A DNA stretch of 64,000 bases from Octopus bimaculoides. Taxonomy: Eukaryota. The position numbers and the translations under genes are program-made. Shown piece by piece: positions 39,770 through 53,649 of this stretch; position 1 is the stretch's first letter; every line of letters begins with the position of its first letter. The notes beneath the pieces are model-generated. The model saw only the letters and a list, made by a program, of their open reading frames with translations. It did not search any database and had not been told where the DNA came from. The stretch covers positions 32,293,300 to 32,357,299 of the forward strand of contig NC_068985.1 in assembly GCF_001194135.2 (NCBI RefSeq), in the 5' to 3' direction.

Positions 39770-41700
39770 GTTAAGCAAAACAAAACCCATGTGTTGCTTC
39801 TGCATACTCGTTCCATGAAATGTGTTTATGGGGAGAATAATACTGTAATATTGCCACATGACCATACCAGCGCAGTCGTCTCTCTTGCACACCACATTTG
39901 ATGCTTCATCAGGGCGCTTACACTCTGTCATGTATGCACATTACATTATACATCCAGTGCAGGATACTGGCTTCATTCCTTGCAAGCTTATGCATGTCCT
40001 CAGCAGTCATGGTCCATGTTGTGCTGCCATGTATCATGGCTGTTTGTACAGATGCGTCATACAGTCCGCCTTTTACTCTGAGCGAGAGGCCCTTTTCGCC
40101 AGCAGAGGTAGGAGCTCTATGAACTTTGCCCAGGCTATTCTTATTCTAGCAGCTACACTTTCATAGTATCCACTCCCGCTACTGACACGGTCACCTAGGT
40201 AATGGAAGCTATCAACTACTTCTAGTTTTTCTCCCTGGAATGTGACAGAAGCTGTTCTTGGCATATTTTCAGTGTTTATTGCTCCTGAGCATTTGCCACA
40301 TACAAAAACTATCTTCCCAGGTAGCCTTCTTTTGATATTGTTGCACCTCTTATGTGTCCATAGCTTACACTGGGTACATCTTATGCCTTTTCTACAGGGG
40401 ATTTGTGGTTTGTCTGCCTTCCTACTTATTAAGACTTTGGTTTTAGCTAGGTTGACTCTAAGGCCCTCCGATTCTAATCCTTGCTTCCACACCTGAAACT
40501 TCTCCTCTAGTTCTGGTAGTGACTCAGCAATTAGAGCAAGGTCATCAGCATAGAGGAGCTCCCAGGAGCATCCTGTCTTGAATTCTTCTGTTATTGCCTT
40601 GAGGATTATGATGAGTAAGAGGGGGCTGAGGACTGAACCTTGGTGGACCCCTACTCCTACTCAGAATTCTTCACTGTATTTGTTGCCAACCCTCACCTTA
40701 CTGACAGTGTCCCTGTACATGGCTTACACAGCTCTCACTAACCATTCATCTATCCCAAGTTTCCTCATTGACCACCAGATAAAGGATGGGGGGGGACCCT
40801 GTCAAAGGCTTTCTCCATGTCAATAAAAGCCAGGTGCAGGTGTTTTTCTTTGGCTAGGTATTTCTCCTGCAGCTGTCTTACCAGAAATATAGCATCAGTG
40901 GTGCTTTTCCCTGGCACAAACCCAAACTGCATCGCATCTAGACTGACTCGCTCCCTAATTAGTTGGGCAATGACCCTCTCCATGACCTTCATTACCTGAT
41001 CCACCAACTTGATACCTTTGTAGCAGTTGACTATGGTACTGCTACACCAGTCAGTGAGTATGACTCCTTCATGTATCACCTGATTGACTATACAGGTGAC
41101 TAGGCTATAGCCGACACCGCCAGATATTTTGAGCATCTCTGTAGTGATTTCTGATGGGCCGGGGGCTTTCCCTGTCTTCATACCCTTTATTGCTTTATCT
41201 ACCAAGGTATTGTCAATTCGGACAGCTGGTCCCTCTGTTGGGTTGGCATTCAGCAGACTCTCTTTCTCCCATTCATTCTCTTTATTGAGCAATCATCCAT
41301 GCGAACACATTTCTCTCCTATGACATCGCGATTCTCTCACACACACTGTCTTGCAACACAAAATACCTCAAGTCTTTGGTCCTCGTGGCGCAGAACATTG
41401 GCAAATTTTTTCTTATCTGCTTCCCCTTTGGCCAAATAAACGTGTCTTCTCGTTTTCCTTCTAGCAGTCTGATACAGTTCCCTGCTACCAGCATTCTTCC
41501 AGTCCTTCCAAGCCTGTTTCTTTTGTCTAATGGCCCTATCAACAACATTGTTCCTCTACCACGTTACCTTGGGTCAAGAGGGGACTTTGCACCATCCACA
41601 GATCTGGTCAGTGGCCCTCAGCAGGTTGTCCCGTAGAAACCTCGAGTTGTCATCCACATCATGTGATGCTATATCCCCCTGTAGTCAGCAAGAGGGAGTC
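39770..41700 (-). mobile_element. RTE-clade LINE, 5'-truncated and frameshifted RT
   Basis: KAIKGMKTGKAPGPSEI, QFGFVPGKSTTDAIF, AFIDMEKAFDRVP, LLYADDL and LEVVDSFHYLG. Confidence 0.92.
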
Positions 41701-41719
41701 ATAAAATCAGTCTTTCTGT

Positions 41720-42025
41720 CCATCAGATAGCCCACAGTTCCCATGCCTTTTGGAAACCTTTTTTCAGGCTCAGAATTGCTGAAGCATGGAATAAACTACC
41801 TGCATCAGTTGTTAGCTGCCAGGACACTACGTCCTTCAAAACTTCAATGCTTCCAGACATTTGCCAATAGTATACCTGGTGTCCATCCCACCCTCTTTCC
41901 TAACAACTCATTCACTGTCCATTTCTTGTGCATTATTCCATATACTGTTCATGCACTTTTGGCTACTTGTTTCTGATGAGTTGTAGCGCACCTGAGCACT
42001 ATACAATAAGTTCATTGTTGTTGTT
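41720..42025 (+). mobile_element. CR1/L2-type LINE 3' end
   Basis: FSxRIAEAWNKLPASVVSCQDTTSFK motif followed by a 3' UTR ending in (TTG)n. Confidence 0.7.
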
Positions 42026-42046
42026 ATAATTGCGTGTGCGTGTATG

Positions 42047-42082
<36 letters not shown>

Positions 42083-43729
42083 TAACAACTTTGGGCAAAT
42101 ATGTAAGCTACACTAAAATTCTTACACTTCCAACTTATTTGTTATATGAAAAATACTGTTAACCAACAAATACAACATTCAGTTTGCTTCCTAATTATGC
42201 TGTTTGCTATAGGTAAAAAGGGAAAATTCAATTCTTCTCAAAAAATCTTTTTCCATCAGTTTATAGAAAATCTTGAGCGTAATGTAAGTAGATTAAAATC
42301 TAAGCTCTCCTAGTTTCAGTAAATCATTTGGAAGATATACTCTTATTAATATTCTTGTATATTTTGAACCCAAAGGCGGATTTTGGGTTCAGCTCAGCGA
42401 TTTCACATATGTTTATACGCCGGTTTTACCGTATTCTTAATGTGTATAAATATAAATATAAATTGAGTTAGTGATACATATCATATTTATTTGTAGCTTG
42501 GACAAGTCTATTGAAAGGTAAGAATTGTGATTCCATGCAGAGCTCTATGACAGTGTGCAATAAGTTTAATACATTTCATTCTGTTACTTCTTCAAATTAT
42601 GAACACTGACTTTGAAAGATAGCGATGTCTTGAACAAGGGAAGTAAATCTCATTATATCTAAATTATGTCCCTTCCGCTAATATTCTTCGAATTAAAGCT
42701 ATTTGAGTATTATTAGAATTACAATAACTGAAATTTAAAATACAGGACTTAGAACTACATGAGTCATGACATCAAACGTTTAAAACAACATGATGTTGTT
42801 CTCCTGAACAGGATCACGACTCTGCTTTCCTCATCCTGCCTGACTAATTAGATTTTCTATTTATAATTCACAAAATTAATGACATGCACATCTAACTGGA
42901 CAAAACAACAGATCCAATACATCTAAATATACAATTTTGAAAAAAAAAGGTAATAAAAATAATCTTTCCTATTAATATGTAACTGGAAAAAAACCCCAAA
43001 AAACTATAGAACATTTTACAGATTCTATCCAGATTATTTCATTAGCTATTTGTTTATATAAATTGAAAAATTATAATTTTAATAGATAGATAACTGATTT
43101 AAAACGTCAGTATACTAAATTTAAAGAATTGCAAACATTATTTTTCTACACTTGAAAGGAAACACATTAAAGTTGGCATAGAAATATCTATGTAAATAAG
43201 CTCTAAGGGGAAAATAATTTAAAATCAAAATGAGAGAATCACTTGATCCTCTGCAAAATTCATCATTGTCATTGCTATCATCATTTTAATGTCCAATTTT
43301 TGAAGCTTACATGGGTTGCACGGAGTATATTTCAGCTGATTTTCTACAGATGAATTCCTTTCTTGTCACCAACCCTCAAATGTTTACAAGCAAGGTTATA
43401 CTTCCTCATGCCCAGACATGTCCTCACAAAATATTTGAAATGAATGACACTGCCAGCATTACAGTGACACTTATTTACAACTATCACATGATGTCAAGAC
43501 AAGGAGCACAAATTTACATGCACTCAAATGCACGTCTGTCCTTCTGTCTGTCTATCTATTTACCTGTCTACCTATCTATCTATATTAATTGAAATGTACA
43601 CTATCATATGTCCATTACAGCCAATCTTATCTATCAGCTTTGTGCCAGGGATTCAACAGACTATTGGGTAACAGTCTGATTATGTAACCCTGTCCTCTTC
43701 AGAGGCAGCCATTATGGAATGAAGTATGA

Positions 43730-46260
43730 TGACTGATGATGATGATGCTGGGGTCTCTTTCCACTAACAAGTTCCCCATATAGCATCTGTTTAAGGATTC
43801 TGCTATTCTTCATTCTAATAAGGTGTGCAGTCCAACATAACCGGTGCTTGTGCACCATCGCCCCAATACTCAAGATATCAGCTTTCTTCAGGACCTGTGT
43901 GTCTGGAGTTTTTAAGGTCCAGTCAACATTCAGAATGTGTCTCAGACATCTCTGATGAAAGTGTTCAAGGACCTTTACATGATGTTTGTAAAGGGCCCAT
44001 GTCTCATATGATTAAAGGAGTGATGTCAGTACACATGGACAGTACACAGCAATTTTTGTTTGTTTTGTGATGCCATGCTGGGACCAGACACAAGACTGAA
44101 GAGACTGGAAGGAATCAGTTGCTCTCTGCAGCCTGAAAGATATTTCCTCATCCAAGGAGCAAGAACAGCTGAGTGTGCTGCCCAGGCAGACAAACATGTC
44201 TACCACTTTCAGTATTGTTCCTTCGACCAAGATAGTTGGTTCCACATATGGATTTCCTGGTGCAGACTGGAACATTACAACAGTCTTGTCCAGACCAATG
44301 CTGAATCCAAAAGCCTTGCAAGAAGCAGAAATATGATTCATAAGTATTTGCATGTCATCCTCTGTATGAGTGACTAAGTCACAGTCATCTGCATAAAGGA
44401 GGTCATGAATAAGAGACTGGAAAACTTTTGAATTGGCGGCAAATTGGTGCAGATTAAAGAAATGGCCTGAAGATCGATACTTGACATATATTCCCAGAGA
44501 GCCAACTTTAGGAAAAAGCATGAGTAAAAGCAGCTGCAAAGTACAAAGGAAAGTGAGTTGGGGCAAGGAAGTCATCCTGCTTGACACTTTTCCCTACAGG
44601 AATCGGTCCAGCCATGCTACCACTAACATTGACTCAAGCCTCTATCCCATCATGAAATTAATTATTTATAGATTCAAAGTGATCCGGACATCCAAGTTTG
44701 CCAAGTAATTTCCATAGCAAGGTCCTATTCACAGTATCAAAGGCATTGGTTAAATCAATGAATACCTGGACAAGATCCATATTCTGCTCATAGCACTTCT
44801 CCTACATTTGTCTTGCTGTGAAAATCATATCCATTGTCCCTCTACCAGACTGGAATCCACATTTAGATTCAGATAGGACATCATTTATGAGACATCCATT
44901 CAGGCAGGTAAGAAGAATATTTACCAAAACCTTTCCAGCAGCTGATAGTAGAGCAATACCTCTGTAGTTACCACACATTGTTCTGGTTCCTTTTCCTTTA
45001 TAGAGAGGAAGAATAATTGCATCACTCCAGTCTTTAGGCATTGTACCATCCCTCCAGACTACACTAATAAGTTTACGAAGGGACTGTATGATGTAATCAC
45101 CACCAAATTGCAAGACCTCGGCACAAATTCCATCCCTTCCAGGTGCCCTACCAAGATTCAATTTACTTATTGCTGTCGTTACCTGATCTATTGAGGGTGT
45201 GGAATTTAAGGAGCCAATGATAGGTCTTTGTTGCATAGTATCCATCACTGTTTCATCCACAACTGACTCATGGTTTAGGAGTTCAGAGAAGTGTTCAATC
45301 CAGCAACCTGTGATTTCTATTGATTTAGTAAAATGAGTAGAAGACTCCTTGATAAGCAAAGGAGCTGATGCAGAGCTCTTAGGCTCATAAACTTGCTTCA
45401 TAAGATAGTAAAGCTTCTTGCTGTCATTTGCATCAGCAGCAGCCTGAACATCACAAGCAAGATCCTCCCATTAAGTGTTCTGCATCTTCCTGAGAGATCA
45501 CTGCAGTAATGATTTTACACTGCTATAGTGGGCAAGTGCTAGATTTTGCTGCACAGCTGAAAGTCCTCTGTACAGCAAATCATTGTGGGCATGACACTTT
45601 ACAACTAATAGTTGCTGAACTTCAGCATCATTTTCATCAAACCTCTCTGTGTCTGGCAGTAGCATATCCCTGTGTTTCAGTAGCATACTGAAGAATCTGG
45701 TCTCAAAAATCTTTCCATACTGTTGTATTTTCAATGCTGGAAAGCAAGTCTGAAGCTCTTTCTTCAACACAGCATCCTATATCTTGTGAACATTCAGATG
45801 CCAAGGAATGCCAACTGCCCATCCCCACTCTCTTTCACGCTAATTATCATTCAGAACTTTGCTTGCACCAGACTGTGGTCTGTCCTGCATTCTGATCCAT
45901 GCAAGGACTTGACATTACAAATGTTATAGATTTTATGCTTGCAGATGATGGCATAATCCAGTAAGTGTGAAACCTTAGACCTTGGATGCATCCACATTGT
46001 TGTGTGATCACCTTTGTACATAAAATGAGTGCTTGTGATGTAAGGTCCATGTTCATTGCTAAGCTCCAGTAGCATGAGACCATTGCTATTCATTTCCCAA
46101 CCACCAAAATGTCCTAGAGAGTTCCATGTTTGCCAGTCTGTTCCAACCCTGACATTGAAATCCCCCGATAGAATGACTTTATCAGAATTAGCCAACGATG
46201 ACCGAAACTGAATTAGCCAAATGATGGATGAACTAAAACCGCCAGAATTCATAATGTTTC
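43730..46260 (-). mobile_element. RTE-clade (BovB-like) LINE, APE endonuclease plus RT, disrupted
   Basis: ILSGDFNVRVG, TDHSLV, WIEHFSELLN, NYRGIALLS, GFQSGRGTMDMIF, FIDLTNAFD and DLLYADDC. (CAT)n tail near 43730. Confidence 0.92.
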
Positions 46261-49200
46261 TTTCTTAATCGACTGTACTACTTTGTGGAGGAATAGTCTG
46301 ACTGTTATTTTTAAAGTTCATTTCTTGCATTACTTGCACAAGTGAACACGCAACATATATTGTATAATGGTATATATGATTTAGTAGTAAAACCAAGGGA
46401 GACTTTAGACCACCACAAAAAATATATGTGAGTGTGTGTATGTGTGTGTTTATGTGTGTGTAAATGTGTGTATGTGTGTCTGTGCTTGTTGCCCACCACC
46501 ACTTGACAACCGGTGTTGGTTTGTCCTGTCCCTGTAACTAAGTGGTTCATCAAAAGAAACTGATAGAAGAAGTATCAGGTTTTAAAGAAATAAGTACTAC
46601 AGTCGATTTGTTCAACTAAAATTCTTCAAGGCAGTGCCCCAGTATAATGACTGAAACAAGTAAAAGATAAATGATAACAGATGGAGAAGCAGATATAAAA
46701 TGATGTTACTGCCATCTTCTGCTTCTTCTGGTTGTTCAGTGTACAATTGTATACTGAATGCATTCAACTTTGTTGGTGAAGCTAACCATTAAGAAGTACC
46801 TACAAATCCCAAAGGAATAAAGGTAAGCATAAAGCTAGGGACACAGTAGGTCTAGCAAACACCATTTGTTATAAAAATTGCTGTATTGTTTTGTTTGTGA
46901 CATATCCTTGCAATCTGAACTCCTAAAATGAAAGAATTATTTTAGGCTTTTTTATCATTTCTTGTTTGTTCATTCTCTTTGTTCATACTCTCCATACTGT
47001 AGCATCTATAATGAAAATTAAGAAGCTAAGCATAATCCTTGCTCATAACTCAATGATATTTGCATAAAAATGATTTTAAAAGAAAGAGAAAAGTATAATG
47101 AAGTAATTAAAAAAAACTTAATATCAGAATAAGTGGAAAGCTGACTAAAATTAAATTGTTTGTTTCTCTACAGAGAACATTGCTTTTACATATTAAGTTT
47201 CTCTATAAAGAACATTACATTTACAAATGAAACAAGTTCTCCTTGTGCAATGGCTCCTTTGAAAGCATTATAATTCATCCAAGATATATTCTCTGCTATT
47301 GATACAGAAAAGTGTTCCTATTGATATAGGAATGAGAGAAGCTTTGTCAGTAGGGTAGCAGAAGGAATGTACAAACTACAGAACAGATTTGTTAGCAAGG
47401 TAACAAAAGGAACAATATGATGTTCAGTTGACAATAACTTGAAAAACATTTAATAAAATAACTATGGGTTTTAGATGTTTCTTAAACAATATAGAACATT
47501 TTGTAAGCATAATTTGAAATTCTTTTTCTTTTTTTATGAAGTAACAGCAAGATAAAAAAAAAAATTTTAGTAAAAAATGATGTCACATACCACAAAGAAA
47601 ATTAGTTTATGCATAAGAATATATATTTAGTTTTGTTTTAAAATATTCTTGGTGGGCTAAACTGTTGGAAATATATCTAGGTCAGACAAAGAACCTCAAT
47701 TTTAAACCAAGTCTCATTCAAGACCATATAGGCATAAAACATTGTAGATGTTTGGAATTAATTATAAGTGGTATACATTTGACAGCTATAGACAACAAAA
47801 TTATGATTGTAATTTTTGATTGTAATAATTTTGATTAAAAATGATAGGGATGGATCTGAAAAATGAATTAGGAACTGACCTCTTTCAGCAGTACTTACCA
47901 TTTTGATACTTGACAATCCCTCTTGTTGAGACAGTGTGTGATTATGAAATATAGTAGTATACATTAAGTAGTATTGTACAATTTATATTAGTGTATAATG
48001 TTACATAAATGAATTAAAGTGAAATTTGCAACACTCACTAATATAGAATTGAGGGAAATAAATGATAATTTAGCATTTATGTAAACATAAAGATATCTGC
48101 TCTGAAATATTTATTTCATAGAAAATAAATTTGTAATATTAACTGTCCAATCCTTTTTTTTTTTTTTTTAGTGATTTCATTTTTATTTTATTTTGAATGG
48201 AGATTACTGATTTTGTATTTTTTTAAAAGACTCTGCAGACAGGAATTCTCAGCATAAATGTTCATCAGCTAATCAAATCCCATTTGGGTTAAGTGTGTTT
48301 TAATTTATGAAATAAAAATTGCCAATTGTATATTTTATTATATTTTGACTTGAGGACAAAACCAGATTGTTATGTTGTTCTAGATTGCTGAATCATTATT
48401 CTGAGTTAAAATACTGGATGAACAATTAAGATCTTCATTCCTTGGAAATTGATAAAACAATAGAAATATCTACCCAAAACAATAGAAATATCATCAATGA
48501 ACATATTAAGTCCTTAAAAGTAAGCAAACACACCCACATTTCACAGTAATTGATCCAAAATACTTGAAAGATCCCCGCATTGAACCTAGATATCATTCCT
48601 ATTAATCAACATAAGAAGTATACACACATATGCAAACATGTAACCCCCCCCCCACACACACACACACAGTGTGAGATCACAGAAGATGCTTGGACAAGTG
48701 ATATGCATTCTGAAAAAGGGCTAGTGAGACCCATTCTGAAGAGGAAAACCAGAGGTGAGGTGGACCTCTCATACCTAGCTGAGGACTGTGGAAAAGGACC
48801 TTCTGATCTGGGAGCAGACTCATAACAAGGCTTGTGATTATGCTGGGAGATCTTTTATCAACCAAAGTTCCATTGGGAGCAGGAGGAACTAAGACTAAGA
48901 TATAATATATAGTTTATTTTAGCTAATCCAGTAACTTACTACTCCAGAGTTTTTCTTGGCATATGGTCAGTTCTTCAGATTGGAAAAAACTGGTTGGTGT
49001 GGAAGGACCTTCTCCTGTGATGATAGAGAGTGATGAGAGCATACAAGTGTTTAATTCGCGTACAGGTTGATTTTAGTTGATGTCAATAAAAAAGAACATG
49101 GCAAGAAGGAAGAGTAGGGCTTATGTATCTAGACAGCACATAAACATGCCTTAGGCCAATCTAGAAAGAAAAAAGAACAAAAATTGAGAAACCAGAGCAG

Positions 49201-52200
49201 AAGAAATATGAGGGCTGGATGGACTAGTAAGTTACTTTTTTTCCTCTCACACATACACGCACACATATAATAGAGTGGCAGTATATGATCACAGATACTG
49301 CTGCAGTCTTGTTCTGCTCTGAGATAGCTTAATTTATGTATTATGATACAGTGTACACCCATAACATCACATTGCATTCTGTAAAGACTATTGCATCCCT
49401 AACATTTGAATTTAGTGCTGTAATGTGTCTACACCCTTACCTCCTCGTCTCCAGTTCACCTTTCAAGTTAGTCACTTGCCACTTAGCTGGTTTAACTGTA
49501 TGTAATATGTGCATGTATGATTACATGTATGTATGTAAGAGAAGAGCAGTCATTTACAAACCTTTCCCTCCTCATTCTTCTCATTCTCATTCTCTTTCTT
49601 TTTTTTCTTTTTCTTTTCTCCTCTTGGCACAATCCTCTTCTCACACTCTCCCCTCTTCCCTCTTCAGTCCATCTTTCCAACTGCTATTTAACAACTTGTC
49701 ACTCTGTTGGTGTGTGTGTGTGTGTGTGTGTGCATAAGTATGTGTGTGTGTGTGTGCATAAGTATGTGTGTGTGTGTGCATGTGTATATGTATGAAGATC
49801 AGAAATCTCCTACTAGTCCTTCCTACCCTCATCTTCGTTTTTTCTTTCTAGACTGACCTAATGCACATATGTGTGTGTATGCGTGCATGCGTGCATGTGT
49901 GTGTGTGTGTGTGTGTGTGAGAGTGAGTGTGTGCATATGCAAGTGTTGAATAATTATTTACAAGCCCTCTTCTTCTTTCTCTCTTTATTCTCCAACCAGC
50001 CTGAATGTAAGTTCAGCTAATCATGTATCCTCATCTATCAGCTCTCACAGCAATAAGTCCTTCCATACCATCCAGTTTTTCCCTAGTCCTAATCACAAGT
50101 AATTTATTAATTGAACTAGCTGACAAGAATACATTATATATGTGCCGATCAATCTAGCTGATTTACTTACTCCCTCAGAAATAGTGAGTTTATAAACAGT
50201 TAATGAGGATACTAATTGCAGATGAAATTCCAACATGGGATTGGAACTAGTCAGGCTGTTTTCTGTCTGTAAGGTTACTCCTACGCGTCTGTACTTGTAT
50301 CGGTATATGTTCAGGATGGGTTGAGACAATTACAACAAGTGAATCTATAGCTGTGGATTTTGTAGACACTCTCCAACCACAAGTATATGTTTTGCATGTG
50401 GACAAGGTGTTTGCATTTCTCTATTATATACTATGTTGGCTAAAATGCATGGATGTTGTCTGTAATACAGGATAGTTTTATCAATGTGCAATATAGCAAC
50501 ATAACACACATTTATTAGGTGTTCTAGTGATAATAACCTTGAAACAAAAGTCTCATGTGCATTGTGATAGCCTAAGATAGACAGCTTAATTGACATCTGG
50601 ACAGAGGATGCTTGATGTTAAAAAGAAATGAGGAAGAAGAGAGCAATTACACTGCTGATGGCCCTCAAAATTTGAATTCCTTTGCTTTTTCTTATGAGTT
50701 AAGAACGGGTGAAAGTCCCGGAATACCCTGAAATAGTAAAACATTAACCAGAATAAAGCCAAATTATTTTGTTTTTCATCTTTCTACTACATTTTCATTG
50801 GAAGATATTCTGAAGGTGTCTGTTGATGGAAGCAATGCTTGTTTGGCTGACCCTTGTGTGCAGGGGGTTAAAGAAGAATGAAGTGCAGTGTTAAACTGCA
50901 TTGGACTGTGTTTAATTAAAAGTATCAGTAACTAATATTTAGAAGTTAAAGTGTCAGAGATATAAGTGAACTTTCAGTACACTTGAAATACATGCTGTAA
51001 TGGAATGATCTCTGGGAAAATTTCTGATCTCTCAATATTTTCCCTTCCTATTTCACAGAGGACTTGTTAACAGAAGGAACATCCAGCAATGAACATTATT
51101 CCATGTACAGGAGTGTGAAAAATGGTTATAATACAATAATAAAAAGTTGCTTCAGCAAGATTCTGCTTTTATAATTATAGGCTAAAATGAGGACAACAGT
51201 TGCACTATTGAAAAATAATTTTAAATCATTTGAATACAATACTAATAGCAAGTAAAATGTTGACATTTTAAATTTACTTTTCTTTCTCACAAACAAGTTC
51301 AGTTGCAATAATTTCCACTCAGCAAGCTGCAATTTATAACAGGTCAAACCTTTACTGCATCCTACATGGAAACAGAAATAGTAGGTTACTCTGCTACATA
51401 ACAAATTAAGTGAATTTATTGAGGAAATTTTCACTAGAATCTATTCTTTTTCAGCTTTTTGCTGTTTCAGTCTCAGAAATCAACTATTTGTACACTGTTC
51501 ATCAGTTTTCCATTAGTTTAGTGCCACACTATGATAGTTATACTCTGTTTGTTTTTTTGTCTTTTTTTTCTGATTTGAGAAGTTGAGAGAAACTATTGAG
51601 TATCTTGTCCAGAACACATTATGCTACCAGTAATATGGGAATATTACTACTCCTATACAGTGCAAAACAAAAGGCCCAAACCTTTGTAAAAAGAACAAAT
51701 CAGGTGAAACCATCTCAGTTTTATATTGAAATCCCATTTAAATCAACTTTGTTTTTCATTTCTTTGGGCTCAAGAATCTAAGCAGCTGTAAATATACTGG
51801 GATCAAGTTACCAACTGTGTACATAGTCAAATATTGGAATATTGTAATAAATCAAATCATCACTTTGAGGCATAAACCAGCATGGGATATAAACTAAAAT
51901 ACTTTCACAAAACATGAACATATTGGTCCTAGATATGTTGAGGGCTTAAGCTATTGGCAGCTGTGAGGCTGTCAAGAGTGCCAAAGAAAATGCATATCAA
52001 ACTTAAGCACTCTGCTTGGTACTAAGCCACAACTTAAAACCAGTCCTATTTGCAACAACTGTAAGCAATTCACAACTATAGAACACTACATTACATTGAA
52101 AAATATGGACTCTCAAAGCTGTTATAGTCTATCTGTATTGAATAAAACTGCTCATTGTCATAATTTTTGTACTCCAGCATAGCTGATCAAGACAGTTCAG

Positions 52201-53241
52201 TAACAATAGTAATAATGAAAAAAAAATAGCAACAACAATAGCATCACTAACCAGATGTACACTCACAATTTTTCATCTGAGAAGCTTGATAGCTTATCAA
52301 CAAAGCTATTGCAAATCTATATTTCTTTGATAAGATTCAGGAAGTCAAAATTATTGGAAGGTTAAGGATTTATTTTTCAGATTTATGTGATGTGTAACAG
52401 AAATTATATAAAGTTTCCAGAATGTGTTGAAGCTTTTTAAAATAGGCTTTTATTATTATTATTATTATTACACATTCATCTATTAGTTTAATCCATTTTA
52501 AGATGCATCATAATTTTGGATACTCTTAAAATTTCATCTTCAATCTTAAAAGAATAAAATTACATTAAACTTAAGTTAGCTATAAAAGTTTCTAGAAGGG
52601 AATATTTCTGTACATTGAGTGCATATGTGGATATTGATTGGATAGGTAATATATAAATCAGAAAAGAAAAGGCATCAGATGATGTCTCACTTGGCACCTT
52701 TTGTAAAAATTTGGTAAAATTAGGACTCAATGTATTTTTTGAATAGTTTTAGATTGATTGATAGATTAGTTCATGGAATATTTGTTGTGATTTTTCTTTT
52801 TTAAAGGAGTTTAAAATATGATTTTTCAAATTTATTAAAAATAATTATTAAATGAATGTATATCAGGAAAATTGCTGTTGCTGCTTCTTTATCAAATCTT
52901 TAATGGTTGGCAGTGATAGAGGACTACTATTGTTGTCAACTCTATGTCTGTTAATGCTTGAACAGATTAATCTTTTGTCAGTTTTTATTATTATGTTGTT
53001 ATTGTTGTTTAGCTCTCACTCCCAGCCAGTTTGGACAGAAAGACCTCTGATCAAAAGCGTTTTGATCAGGTCACAGTGTATCTTGGACTATATTATCAAA
53101 TGTGTCTTTCCTTTTATAAGAAGAGTGGCTGTATGGTAAGGAGCTTGCTTCCCAGCCACAAGGTTTAGAGATCAGTCCTACTGCATAGCACCTTGGGTAA
53201 ATGAGTGCATTTAGCAGAAGAAAACTGCAAAAAGCCTCCTG

Positions 53242-53279
<38 letters not shown>

Positions 53280-53609
53280 TACAGAATGGTACAAGAACGC
53301 AAAACATCAAGACAGTTAGGTGATACAAGAAAGGGACAAAACATTCAGATAGACGATACAAAGAAAACACGGACAAGTCATTCGGAGCTTTCTCTCTTCA
53401 GTCAAGATCCAGATTATCNNNNNNNNNNNNNNNNNNNNNNNNNNNNNNNNNNNNNNNNNNNNNNNNNNNNNNNNNNNNNNNNNNNNNNNNNNNNNNNNNN
53501 NNNNNNNNNNNNNNNNNNNNNNNNNNNNNNNNNNNNNNNNNNNNNNNNNNNNNNNNNNNNNNNNNNNNNNNNNNNNNNNNNNNNNNNNNNNNNNNNNNNN
53601 NNNNNNNNN

Positions 53610-53647
<38 letters not shown>

Positions 53648-53649
53648 TG

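Noticed and set aside
47174-51130. Plus-strand acceptor/donor-like sites at 47174, 47399, 49230 and 51060
   Set aside because: They do not join into a consistent reading frame. The 47.17 kb site is part of a short tandem duplication.
53290-53418. Minus-strand CTGAAGA..GAG-AAAG-CTC-CGAA resembling a hammerhead ribozyme core in a Penelope-like end
   Set aside because: The GAAA is broken, stem II has a bulge, there is no stem I pairing, and the sequence is cut by a gap.
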